Source: Entomortierella parvispora E1425 (taxonomy: Eukaryota > Fungi > Mortierellomycota). Taken from it: a stretch of DNA of 64,000 bases. A program made the position numbers and the translations under genes. Below are positions 34,862-48,200 of this stretch, piece by piece (within the stretch, counting starts at the first letter, position 1; each line of letters begins with the position of its first letter). The DNA is taken from the NCBI GenBank assembly GCA_020891255.1, contig BQFW01000015.1:1922001-1986000 (forward strand). The letters are read 5' to 3'. The notes under the pieces are model-generated. The model had not been told where the DNA came from, did no database searches, and was given only the letters and a program-made list of their open reading frames with translations.

Positions 34862-37460
34862 CTAAATCATGACAGAGACCCAAAGTTCGTCCGACACCTC
34901 CAGAGGAATCAAGCCACTGGCAAGACGCTCGTCAATGAGATATAAGCCCATGCAAAACTGGGCTCGACTCAATCGACCAGCATTGTCCACATCGACCATA
35001 TCCCTGAGAGTATAGAAAAAAAGTTCGAATTTAGTAGCTGGATTTTTTTTTTGCTGTTGCAACTGTGCACTTTGAAGAGACTTCTTCGAAAACTCACCAG
35101 ATCTGCGCCAAGGTTTTCGAATCTAGGCGACTTTTAACATAGATCGCATGGACTTGGGCACCTATTCGTTAAATAAAGGGCAAAAATAAAGTGAAATAAA
35201 AGATACACATGAGAACCATTAAACGCGTCCACTTGGTTTAACATTATCGGCCACGATTGCCTTGTTCAATTCATACACCGCCCTCTTTCCTTACCATCCA
35301 TGTACTCTCCAGTGGTGGAGTCTCGGAAAAGTGCCTCATACCGCATCAGCACATTTTTCTTGATCCCTACATCTTCAGACGGGGTCATATCGGGGATTTG
35401 GGCAGGGGGCATCATCGCTACGCGAGTTCCCACTGTGCTTCCTTTCAAGGGGCTGCTTCTACCATTGGCCCAGGAAGGAGAAGAAACAGGAGGGTTGCTA
35501 ATCCGTTCCCGTTCCCGCTCTTGAATGAGTGACGACAAATGGTGCCCCATAGAAGGAGGATCGTCCTTGAGTGATCTCGATGTCGATGATAGATACCGCT
35601 GCTCGCCAGAGGTCGAGGGAGACGCAGCTGTGGCGGAGGAGGCGATGGTGTTGGCTCGAGCTGGCAATGGAGGTGCCTTATCCAGCGCATCATTCAATGT
35701 CGAAGAAGCAGCGACTGCTGCTGCCGGTGCAGAATAGGAAGTCATGGGTCGACCGCCATTGACCGAGGTCAACTTGACACCAAAGGGTGAAATCGGTCCT
35801 TTGCTGCTGTTCGAGTCCTTGTTGTTGTTGTTCTGCAGGGTATTAGGACGGCCCGTCGATGTCGCCGTTGTTGCTGATCTTGCCAAGCCAGAGCTGGGAC
35901 TAGCAGCAGTGGCGGCGACATTAGGTGATCCTGCACCTGGTCTGGTTGGCAATTGAAGAGGCTGACTGTTGCGGGATATCGTCGGCAGAGCGTTGTTGGC
36001 TGCGGCTGCATTGCTGGATCGAATGGCGACTGGACTGAATCGAACAGGTCCAGAATCCGGAGAGGTCGAAGAACCGTTGGAGGATGGACCTGCACGTGAT
36101 GGTAGTTTGGGAGGTGCAGAGCTGTCCTGGGCTTCGTTTCTGTTACTTCCAGCAGTTGCCACAGGAATTGTCGACGCAGACTTCATGGGTTCTTCTCCTT
36201 CCTTTAGGGAGGGGTTTGATCCGCTGTTGTTGCCTCCAGATTTGGATGTCCTTGCTGAGCGTGGTCGAGAAAATGTGGTAAGCTTGGGTACAGGGACTGC
36301 TGCATCCTGAACCTGGAAGGCAGAAGGGGAGGCCTGTTTTGACGCTGCAGAGTATCCAGAGCGTAACATGCCCTTGTCCACAGGACTTTCCGTCAATGTT
36401 CTAGGAGGTAAGGCTGGTCGCGATGCAGACGAAAGGGGTGATCGAGCAGCTGGGTTGGGTTTGGGCGCGATGGGTGTGCCAACCGATGGGCGAGCTGGAA
36501 GCTGTAGTGGTGATTGAAGGACGCTGCTTCCTGAAGGACTTGCTGGAGTAGTCAGTCGTTGGTTAGCCATCGACAGGTTGGCCATCCTCTCACGCACCGA
36601 GAGTGCAGGGCCGTTGCTGGCCTTTTCTGAAGAGTCAGTATTGGTTTCATGAACAGTGTTGCTCCTCCGTGGTAAACTGGGTGGTTCCCGTGGCAACTGT
36701 GCAGAGGTATCGTCTCTCGAAGTACCACTAAACGTAGATCGAGGTCCAAGTCCAGGAAGCGCCATCGCCGCTGATCCCCCCAAACCCCTCGCGCCATTAG
36801 TTTTCTCAACGCTTCTCAATCCAGCCTTGACGCCCCCAAAAGTCGATGAGGGCGAGGTAGAGGCAGGCGTTGATGCCTGATTGGGTCTGGTTGGAAGGAC
36901 TGGCGTCGTTGCCTGGGCGGGTTTTGGAGTGAGGGGGTTTGGGATGTCCACATTTGACGTCTGTTTAGAAATCGGAGGGGTGCTCTTTGACTGGGTGGAG
37001 GGTGATCTGGCCGGAAGTGTTGGCGGAGCAGAAGCAGCAGGAGGAGTAGGAGCCTACAAGGAAGATTGGGAAACATGTCAGCGAGGGGGATCAGGAGCTT
37101 CAGATGAATGTGGGTGGAAACTCAACGCCAAGGAGAACGCCAAGTGCCTGTTCATACCTCGATGTAGACCAACTCTACATAGTTGTCAGGGAAAAGGCCT
37201 TCTTCGCCTGTACGCTTCAGGCGTCCGTGGAGCCAGCCTTCTTCGGAGGTTTCTTTCACTATTGGGTTAAAGAATCGAGAGCAAAGTCGATCAGTGCCAT
37301 TGCGGTGGTAAAGGAAAGTCGATAGGGGTGCTTTTGATAGAGAAAGGAGAAGAAGAAGAGCATTACCATTGACCAAGATATCGCCTTCGAGGAAGGACAG
37401 CTCTGACTCTTCGTCCCCCTGGCACTCAAAGAGGGCCTTAGCATGAAGAACCTGGGCCAT
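34862..37460 (-). CDS. Adaptor with N-terminal SH3, long Pro/Ser-rich linker and C-terminal EH domain (Irs4/Tax4-like EH position)
   Basis: SH3: AKALFECQGDEESELSFLEGDILVN/VKETSEEGWLHGRLKRTGEEGLFPDNYVE. EH: RYEALF...YMDG/AQVHAIYVKSRLDSKTLAQIW/DMVDVDNAGRLSRAQFCMGLYLIDERL. Five exons. Confidence 0.85.
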
Positions 37461-37788
37461 GCCTTGGAATAGATGTGTCGCTTCAAGACAAAGTAGATGG
37501 TTTCGGAGAGATGGGCGAGATGCTAAATGCGGGGAAAGAGTCAGGAACGGCACAGGGTGAAAAGCAAAGAAAGTGAGGGCGGGCAGAAGGAGAGGGCGCC
37601 TGACTGGTTAGGGAATGGAAGAGAGGAGAGGAAGGAGTGTCGAGTTCTCCTGTCGCGATGTCAATTGTGGAGGGGCCATGCATTCGTTGTGAGGAGGCGA
37701 AAATGACCCGTTGAGAAATTAAGGGGCGCAGTAGACTGGCATGCATGCATGCCTCTTTATTTCTATTCCCATATTATTATTATACTTC

Positions 37789-38441
37789 CTACTCGAGCTC
37801 TTCGGCGTTCAGGGCATCCAATTGAGACTTGAGCTCCATAATCTTGAGTCCAATCTTGCGCTGCACATCTGTCTTTTCATCACTGTTAAGATCCTTGAGG
37901 AGATTGTCATAGAAATCCAGGCACTCCTGAACCGCCTGGCGAGCTGTCTCCTTGTCATCGTTGTAGTATACGGATCCACGAGCCTCTTCTGCGTACTCGA
38001 GCTAAGCGTGGGTACATCGCCAACACCAAATCAAAACGATAGACAGCCATGGAGGTCAGATTCACTGTTCAATTGCTTGATATATTCCCTTTCATGGATT
38101 CAAGTGAACATATTCCTCATCACTAGCCGACAGGCGCACCTAACACATACCTCGTCGCGTGCCACCATGAAAAGATCGGTGATCGTTTGGACGCTCTTGT
38201 CCACATCTACACCGTTGGCCGCAAAGGCAATTCTGGATACTGAGACAAAGCTGCGCTCCTGTTGTTGTGCCTGGTCCTTTGCAAGTACTCTTGTCCTGTA
38301 CGAGAGCACTGCGCGTCCCATGGCAGGCATGGCCTGGCGCGAGGTCGAGATCAAGCGCGAGGTCGAGATCAAGCGCGCAGAGGTCAAAGCATGTGCCTTC
38401 CTGCTCCTGAGGAGGATGTGTTTAGTTGTAGCCGTGAACAT
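37789..38441 (-). CDS. Small conserved helical protein with mitochondrial-type presequence (resembles plant 'embryogenesis-like' proteins)
   Basis: Intron 38150-38002 joins VDKSVQTITDLFMVARDE to LEYAEEARGSVYYNDDKETARQAVQECLDFYDNLLKDLNSDEKTDVQRKIGLKIMELKSQLDAL*. The Arg/Ser-rich N-terminus lacks acidic residues. The family link is from memory. Confidence 0.75.
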
Positions 38442-38754
38442 GATGTCGATTGCTGCGCTGCTGTGGGAGTGGAGAGGGAATTTATGAATTAATTCCCCAC
38501 CCATTCGAGCAAAAAGCATCTTGCTGGCCACACTTGCACGTCACATAAAAAGGAAAAAAAAAAGGTTTGTTCAATTGAAGAAAGCTGCCTCTTTTGTTTC
38601 TAATGCAGGTCTTCCTCCACAATAGATACAATACAAAGAATGCAATGCTATTTGACATGTCCGATGAAAACAAGGATAGGATAGAACAATCAAACGTATT
38701 ATTCATCTAAAAAAAATGCAGCTGATTTTTTGTACTCGACGTCCTACAAGACAT

Positions 38755-39940
<1,186 letters not shown>

Positions 39941-40779
39941 TCACTGAGATGGCTCCTTTCAAGCAAGATGTCGGATCAGAGGTTCAGCTGGATGATTCCT
40001 TCCAGGACTTGGCTATCTACAACCAATCAGCAGTGATCGCGAGTCTTCCATATGAGATGCAGTTTGGTAGAGATATTGAATCATGGGCAAGAACATGAAT
40101 TGAGTCAGAGTCTGCTGGAAGACTGTTGGTAATTGAAAAGAAGGAATTGACGATTGATGATGATGGCGATGGGTCCATTGAGTCGTCCTTGGTGGTACAA
40201 CGATGTTGATGTAAACTGATCCTGCACAGTCTGGTTGTTGAGATGCGATGGGTGACGGATAATGATGGATCGATGGATCGCAGAACATGGCGATCGATGG
40301 ATCCGAGGTGCATATCTTGGATTCTCCGCTTTTGAAATCCAATGTATTACATTTTCTTGATGAGTGTGAGAGGGAGCTTCACCAGGGAGCCAGGCTTGAG
40401 GATTAATATGAGAAAGGGCTGGGCTAGAAAGCGACTTAAGGGCTGTGATTTGATTTCCAATCTCGAAAATCAGGACTGCTTTCACGTGATGCGGACTGAT
40501 TCGAGCGGTGCCTGGCGGTGCACTTCCGGAGTAAAAGAAGGACCTCTGGCTGCCTGCGTGGATTGAAAAAAAAATGTCATCGGGAAGGAAAACACAATAA
40601 AGGCTGCCTCTTCCCTTCTTCTTCTCCCTCTTTCTTCACCCTCCTCTTCCTCATTCATTGTTGCAGTTCTCATTCACTCATTCACTCATTCATCTGCATT
40701 CATCACTCCTCCCTAACGAATCACTCCAGCTACACCGTCTCTATTTCTCTCTGTCTCTCTCAGCACACATACTTGTATC

Positions 40780-41603
40780 ATGAAGTTCTTCGAAGCCACA
40801 CACCACTTCAACCATTCCTGGGCACAAGTCACTGCCGCCAACTGGATGAAATACCCTAACGAGCGGTGTCCTCATGTCATTGCTGTTGACGTTCTCGACC
40901 GTCATGTCGATCCCGAGACTGGAATCCTTCACACTGAGCGTCTCTTGACCTGCAATCAGAATGCACCTGCCTTGGTGCTCAAGGTACTGCTTGATTCTAA
41001 AATAGGAAAAAGGAAGAAATGAAAACAAAGGATACGACGGGGGAACGAGCCACTTCCGAGATTCCTGTTATCTCTCACTTGCTGCTCCATCTCTCTATCT
41101 GTCTCTCTCCTCTCTCGAATGCGTCATCATTAACGCATTCTTACATGTTCTCTTTCTTTGTGGTATTCTAGTTCCTTGGAGGATCCACACTTTCCTATGT
41201 CCGCGAGACCAGCGAATTGGATCCAAAGACCCGAAAGTTGACCATGAAAACCCAGAACTTGACCATGTGCAACGTCTTGAAGATCAACGAGACTGTTACC
41301 TACAGCCCCAACCCCCAGAACGAGCTCTCGACCGTCTTCAAGCAGGAGGCCAAGATCACGGCCGGTTCGGCCTTGTCCCGATTCTCATCCTATATTGAGG
41401 ATTTCTGCCTCACCCGCTTTAGAGACAATGCTGCGGTCGGTCGGGCTGGATTCGAGCTCGTGCTCGAGAAGTTGAAAGAGGCCAGGATCGAGGCCACAAC
41501 ACAACTGGAGAACGCAGCAACAGCAGCCACGACTCAGTTGGAACACGCGGCCACCGCAGCGACCACCGCGGCTGCTTCTGCCGCCGTGGCAGCAACTCTC
41601 TAA
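40780..41603 (+). CDS. UPS2: PRELI/MSF1 family mitochondrial intermembrane phospholipid transfer protein (Ups2/SLMO2-like)
   Basis: MKFFEATHHFNHSWAQVTAANWMKYPN...HVIAVDVLDRHVDPETGILHTERLLTC | intron 40984-41171 | SYVRETSELDPKTRKLTMKTQNLT...ETVTYSP...FRDNAAVGRAGFELVL. Confidence 0.92.
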
Positions 41604-42432
41604 AGGTCTCTTTCTTCCGACTCAGCCCAAAACTTCCCCTCCCAACCTCATCACACGACTTCCAGCATTTTTCTCTATCGACATATCATTCATACCCCCA
41701 ACTGCCCGATTTGATCCTCTTCCACCATCGGCGGGCAGTCGCAGCTCAAAGGCGGCCAGTTCATTGCACACCTTTTTTTTGCCCACCTTCCACCTCCCCT
41801 GAGAAACCACTCTTGTGTTCCGGACCTTTTTTTTTTCACTTTGAAAATGGGAATCGAACGAAGGGGTCTTGTTGAGTGACCGCCTGTCGGAGATTGGGAG
41901 GAACCAGCAAAAAAAAAAAAAAAAAAAAAAAAATCGACTCCAAAAAGGAAATCGAGAGAGCGGATTGTTCCGGGGGAGGTCGAGGGCGCTCACTGTTCTC
42001 CACGCTCGCAGTCGGGAGACCATTTTCCCGACTTGCCTTTTTTTTTTTTTTTTTTTTTCCTGCTGTCGCACACATGTTCATACCCGTTTTCTCTTTTGTT
42101 TTCTTCGCTATCTCTCAATCCACCCGAGGCGCAACACCTCTAGAATCGGGCAATCGTTAGACCGTTCCTTCTCTGCATTTTCAAAAAGAAATCCCAAACT
42201 ATCACTTGTACAATAAACATCACTTCAATCAAACCACTGCTTTAGTCCCTCTGGCTTTATTAGTATTTGTACAATTGGATCCTGCTAGATCTTGTGCAAG
42301 AGACCGTCGTTTCACGAGCGGGTTGTCGTTGCAATGTGCGGGGAAGGAGAAACCGGTGAAATGAATCCAAAGGAAGGTGGAAAGGAAGGGGAAAAAACAT
42401 AAGATCTCGATTTTTTTCTTTTCATGTGCAAC

Positions 42433-44078
42433 TCAAGCTCCACCTGCAACGGCTCCCGTGGAAGAAGCTGAGCCCGCGCCCGTTCCACCTCCGATCGGTC
42501 CTGTGCCCATGGGCTCCATCACCAACTCGGCCCTCGTGAAATCTTTGATCTTTGGGTAGATGCATCGCTCATCTAGCTGTTGCTGAGCCCACCAACACAT
42601 CTTGAGAAGTGAAGGTAGCTAAGAAAGACGAACATACGATGAAATCGAGGGCTGGTCAGACAAGAGTCGTGCATACTCTCCCGATGCAAGAAAGAACCTA
42701 AGCCCAGTCTTACCTTTGGATCCTTTTCTTGGGATTGTGAGATGAGTAGGGCCGAATTGAGTTCAGAGGCCAGTTTTTGTCTTTGTGCTGGTGTCAACAG
42801 ATCACTCACGGGCGAAGGACCGTTCAGCTCAAAGGCCAAAAGCGACATGGTTCTCTCCAACTCTGAGAGGAACTCGGGCTGTAACAAATAAAAAAAGAGA
42901 GATGTATTAGTATCCACATCACTATTCACAAAAGCCAAGATTATCCAAGAAAAGCACTTCTTACATTCTCCTCACCACGCGGTGCAAGCTCCTCTTGTGC
43001 AAATTCCAAGGCCTCCATGATCCGGCCTTCGCGGATATATTCGATCAGCCGTTGTTGTTGCAGATGGAAAAAGAGTTTGGGGTTTGTGTCCAGAATCTAT
43101 TCAGCACCCGTATCGTATGACAAGACAATGTCAGCAGTAGATCAGATCTCCAAATATCTGGTCTTACGCACAGGTGTGATGCAAAACGAGCTTGATCCAA
43201 CATTCTCGGCACCATCGGCATTTTTACCTCTGGGTTCAAATCATTCACACGTTCAATAGCCTCCTCAATGTTGCCTCGCTGGATTGCAGTGCGGACGATC
43301 ATGCGGTCCTGAATGGACTCAAGATTCACTGGTGGTGTTGCGCCGCTTTCCTGACTGAATTTTTCGGCGGCATCCTTGTATCCCTCGATGATGAGATAGT
43401 TCATGATCAGCTTGTTTAGATCCCTAATAGCATGGAGCGTGAAAGTAACAGTTTGTTGGATTACGAGTTAGGAGGTAGACCCGAGTAACGAAACAAAGAG
43501 GTCACACGGGTCAAGGTGGTTTGTACGCTGAGCGCCGGGGTCCGACAAGGAACTCACTCTCGATCCACCTGAACTTCTGACAGGCGCGCATTCCACTCCT
43601 CTCGTGTGATAGTCTTTTTGACTGCACCGGCATTGGCGGCCTGGTTTGTGGCCTGGGAGTTGGACTGGATGTGACGCCGAAAAGCAGCAGCCGAGCGAGT
43701 AGGGTAGTTGGCCGTGAAGGGCAATGTTACGCCGCGGGAAGGTAGACCATAAATTAGTGCTTCGTCATCATCATCGATTAGTTCGTTCTGTTGGCGTTCT
43801 CGTACAGAGTTTCCCCGAGTCGCGGGCGGAGCCGTCAATCGCGAGAAGCAATTGAGGACGATAAAGCCCACATGAGAAAGAACAAAGAGCTGGGCAGCTG
43901 TCATCACGAGGGTGATCCACAGGGCTCCTGCAACCATGAGTCGCGGAAGACCCCTGGACAGCAGGGGCGGGGATGCACTCGAGGTGTTTGCAGTGGGAGG
44001 CAGTGGCGGTGGCGGTGAAGGTGGTGAAGTTGATGAACGAGAAGGTGGGGAGGAAGGGGCTGAGGGAGAGATTGGCAT
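42433..44078 (-). CDS. GID8: GID/CTLH E3 ligase subunit Gid8/TWA1 (LisH-CTLH-CRA); start codon uncertain
   Basis: [13 protein letters not shown] / [22 protein letters not shown] / [26 protein letters not shown] / [19 protein letters not shown] / [13 protein letters not shown]...[14 protein letters not shown] / [15 protein letters not shown]...YPKI. The 5' exons are not resolved. Confidence 0.92.
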
Positions 44079-45269
44079 ATTCTCGGGGAGATAATAGCAG
44101 CAAAGAGTGTGGGCGTAACAGGCAATGATATATAAACAGCAAAAACTTGGAGGCGAATGCAGAAAAGGAGAATGGCAAAAATGGCAAAATGGTACAATGG
44201 CAAGAATGGGATTCCCTGGAGCGAGGAAGAGAAGTAAAGAGAGGAGGAGAGTGAGGGAGAGAAGCCCTTTGGCGCTGCTTCCCGCACCTCCCTGCCGCCC
44301 CGCTCTGCCCCTGTGCTGTGGTGGTCAGGCTGGGGGGACAGAAGGCGGGCTGAAAGGGAAGGGAGTGGAATGGAAGGGGGGAGGGGACGGAGGGGGCGCG
44401 TGGGCTGACTGTGCTTGTATGGCATGCATGCATGCAGGCCGCCATCGACGACACCGCAGAGTTGGACAGGTGCGCAAAGGGCAGTGGAGGAGCTAGATAG
44501 TCTCTATCGCGTTCATTTTTCTGACTTTGTCCTTTTGAAGAGACCATGCATGAGCCCTACGCATCCAGTCATGACAAGCAATCCATGTGCACGACGTTCA
44601 TTCTCCAAACAGAAATAAAGAGGAAAGAGGAGGAAATGGAGAGAGATATATACATAGAAAGAAAGCATACCATGGTGGGTGAGAGATGTAGTTGCTGGTG
44701 TTGTTGTTGCGGCTGTGGTTGCTGTTGTTGTTGTCGCTGCAGTTGTGTTTGCTGTGTATCTTGCTGGGGTTGCTGTTGCTGGCGACGGCGCTGGGTCTTC
44801 TTTGCTGCAACGACAGAGACCGAGAGGGCTGCGACAGAAAGGACGGCGACGAGGATGTGCGTAGATACAAAGGGATGGAGTAGAGGTAAGAGTGAGAGCA
44901 ACAATGCGTCGACTGTTACCGTGTTGTTACTGTGAAGAAGAGGGGGGGGGGGGGAGGAAGAAAAGCAGGAAAGTGTGAAGGGAAGAGAAGGGCTGAGTTT
45001 AGTGTGTTGGTGTTGGTGTTGGCATGGAAGCAGAACATTGATTGTTGACAGAGAGGAGAGGACAATCGACTCTCATGGACAATGGTTTATTGCATGCAAA
45101 AGAGCCAATCCTGGTCACGAGACCACAAGGTGACGTGGGGTCATCGAATTTTGAATTCGAATTCTCCAAGTTTTTTTTTGAATTTTTGTATGGTTCATTT
45201 CGTTTGTGCGCCAGTCTTCCTCCAAAAGGGAGTGCTGTCGATGATTTGTAGTTTTGTAATAAAGCACTA

Positions 45270-48200
45270 TTAGTCGTCTTCGTCCATCGTGGGCAACTCC
45301 GAGGGCTTGACAAGTCCTGGAATCCGGAGAGCTGCCTCCCGCTCCATCTTGCGCTTCGATTCCAACTCTGCCTCGCGCTCGTCCAAGAACAACTCATTCT
45401 GCTCGTTCTCAGAGGCACCAAACTCTGTCAGCTGGATCAAGAAATCACGCAAGTGCAACTTGAACTTGTTGGGATCCCGGTTCGTCTCGAAGAGAGCCAA
45501 TGTGAATGTCTGGATTTGAGAACTAGAAAAGCCACGATAAAAGGGAAAGAACATGTGAACAACCATGGTATCGGTGGTGTATATGACTAGATCCTTCATA
45601 GCCCCAGCAAATAACGACAACTTACGGCTGCAAGTGAGGGAATGCGTTTTGAAGCAAGTTCATCATGTATTCTCTGAGGTACTTGGCATTGGTCATGCTG
45701 GCATCTGACACCGTCGCAGGATTGAAAAGAGGTGCCTGAACAGCGCCTGTTTCAACCAAGAAGAACATGCGAGCAAGCACCTGACTCTGAAGCTTGAAGC
45801 CTAGTAATGTAAAATACGGGCATAAGGATTAGCATACAAAACTGGAGTCTGATGGTTTGATTTCACGCAGTCAGTCTTCTAAACATTCAACTCACCACTC
45901 TTATGGTTGTTGTCGGTCAAAACAAAGAAAACGTCGTTCAACAAGTTGAGGAAGTAGGCTTGGTAGAACTGGTTGGCAATCACAGGGTCGCTGGCAGTAA
46001 AGTTATTGATAACCTCGAGACAAATGTAGAGACCAGTGTCTGCAATGTCACGCATTGTGTGCTTGAAAGCCCAAACCACACTGTCCATGATAAGACGAAG
46101 CTGTGCAGGGGGCAATTTCATGAGGGCTGTTCCAGAAAGGACAAAGATGAAGGTAAGTCGTCGATGACGGTGAAATCACACATTATACAAAATGGTCAAC
46201 ATAATCGTCCAATTCATACCAGGGAAGCAGCTAACATTGATAGCACGGACCAACTTGAAGAAGCCAACACGGTGATCGGGGTACTCTGCAAAATCCTTGT
46301 TGATCATGTTCAGAGTGACATCAAATACAGACTCGAGGATAATTGGAATCTTGTCGTTCAAAAGAGACTATACATGTCACAAAAGAAGGCAGAGGAGAAA
46401 GGTCAGCATTCTGTTCACTGGTAGACATCATTGTGGTACTTTAGTTGGAACGGAAAGTAATGTACACGATGGCGAAGAAAAGGCGTGCTGCTTACCCCAA
46501 GCTTGGTCACAATGGTACTCATGACACTGAGAACTTCGGCATCACGAGCAGGTTCGACATTACGCTGATAGTCGCCCAACACTGCCTCGAGGACACCAGG
46601 AATGATCTTCTGAGTCACCTCTGTCAAGTCATCAGCCTTGTTGACGTAGGTCTCAATCAAACGAAGAACCTCCTTCTTCACAGTACGCATCTGGCGGACG
46701 CGAGGGGTGCGGAGAGCAACGGGTCCCTGCTTAACAACGCTCTCCGAAATAAGCTGACTGACCGCCTTGTATACTCCAAGAAGATCCAAGTAAATGCGAC
46801 CAAGCTGGGAGAAAAAGCCAGCCCCGATAGATCCACAAGCTGCAACGTTTGTCTTCAACACACTAGCCAAAATCTTCAGGTTTTCTGGGTTATCGAGGTT
46901 CGCCAGGCTCAGGTTGGCCTGCTGCATAATGGAGTCCCACTAATTCAAGAAGTACAGGCAGTAAGGAATCTGTGGTAACGACGGCCATTTAAAGGTGGAA
47001 AAAAATATGTTCACTGTCCTTACATGTTGGTTAGGGGTTTGCATAGCCTTGGTGATAAGGCGCTCTTGAGCATCGCGGTTGGGCTGGGCCGAAATCATAT
47101 ATCCAATAGCTTCGTAGAATGTGTGGATCTAGATGAATATTCGAGAAAACTGTTAGTCATCCACGTATCATTGTCTGTCAGAATATCTTAATTGTTGCTC
47201 CTCGTGTACCTGGTTCGAGGACAAATCGCTGGTGATCTTCTCAAGGGTGTTGAGGATCTCATCGATAAATGGTGTGACTTCTTGCGACTGTTGAAGCACA
47301 AAGTGGCGCCTGCACTTTTGGGAGATCTTAATAAAGGTATCGCAAGCCATGTCCTGAACACCATCGTGTGTCTCATGCATGAACTCAAACAGCTTGTTGA
47401 CAACGGTCTTCAAGAACTTCCAATGCGCCTTCAAAAAGCGGGGGTATTGTCCAACAATGTACATGATGTTGGAGGCCACGACGGCCTTGTTGTCCTTGCC
47501 GCGCTTCATCTCGCAGAGGCCCAAGAGCTCCTTGATGACAGTGACCAAGAAACGCTTCTCGGCATCTTCGTCTATAAAGGAGGGATAAAGTCAGTAAGAC
47601 AAAGAGTAAAAACCTCTTCAATCCAAGCAATCGCTCATGACATACTCATAGCACCAGAGATGGAACCAATAGCCCAGCAAAGCTGGTTGAGGTTGCCCCA
47701 GGACCATTCAGAACCATCCACTTGCTTTGTCAATTTGTCGGACATGATTTGCTCGGTGTTCTGACAGTCCAAATGAGTCAGGTACACAAGAACCTCGCGC
47801 ATGCTCTTGTACAGTGTGATAGTGTCACTCTCCTTCATCACTTCGCGGACAATCTCTCCCTCGTCGTTCTCGACAATCAAGACCTGGGTAATAAGGAAAA
47901 AAGAGGTCAGAAACTTGCTAAGAGCCTTTCCAGATGAATGTCTTAGATTAGAGCAATAGTTTACCTCTTCTGGCTTGACCATACGCTCAATCATCACAAC
48001 GCGGAGGCGAGCGAGGACCTCAGTGTAAAAGTTCTTGCGAAGAGCAACGCTGCCAGCTGCAGCCGACTGCATCATATGACCGGCACCAAGGTTCAGCAAG
48101 GGCAACTCCATAACCGGAAGTTGCTGAATCTCCTCGTAGAGCTCTGCCACCAATTTTGCCCAGTACTCCAAGCAGATCTTGAAGATCTCGCGATCGTCCA

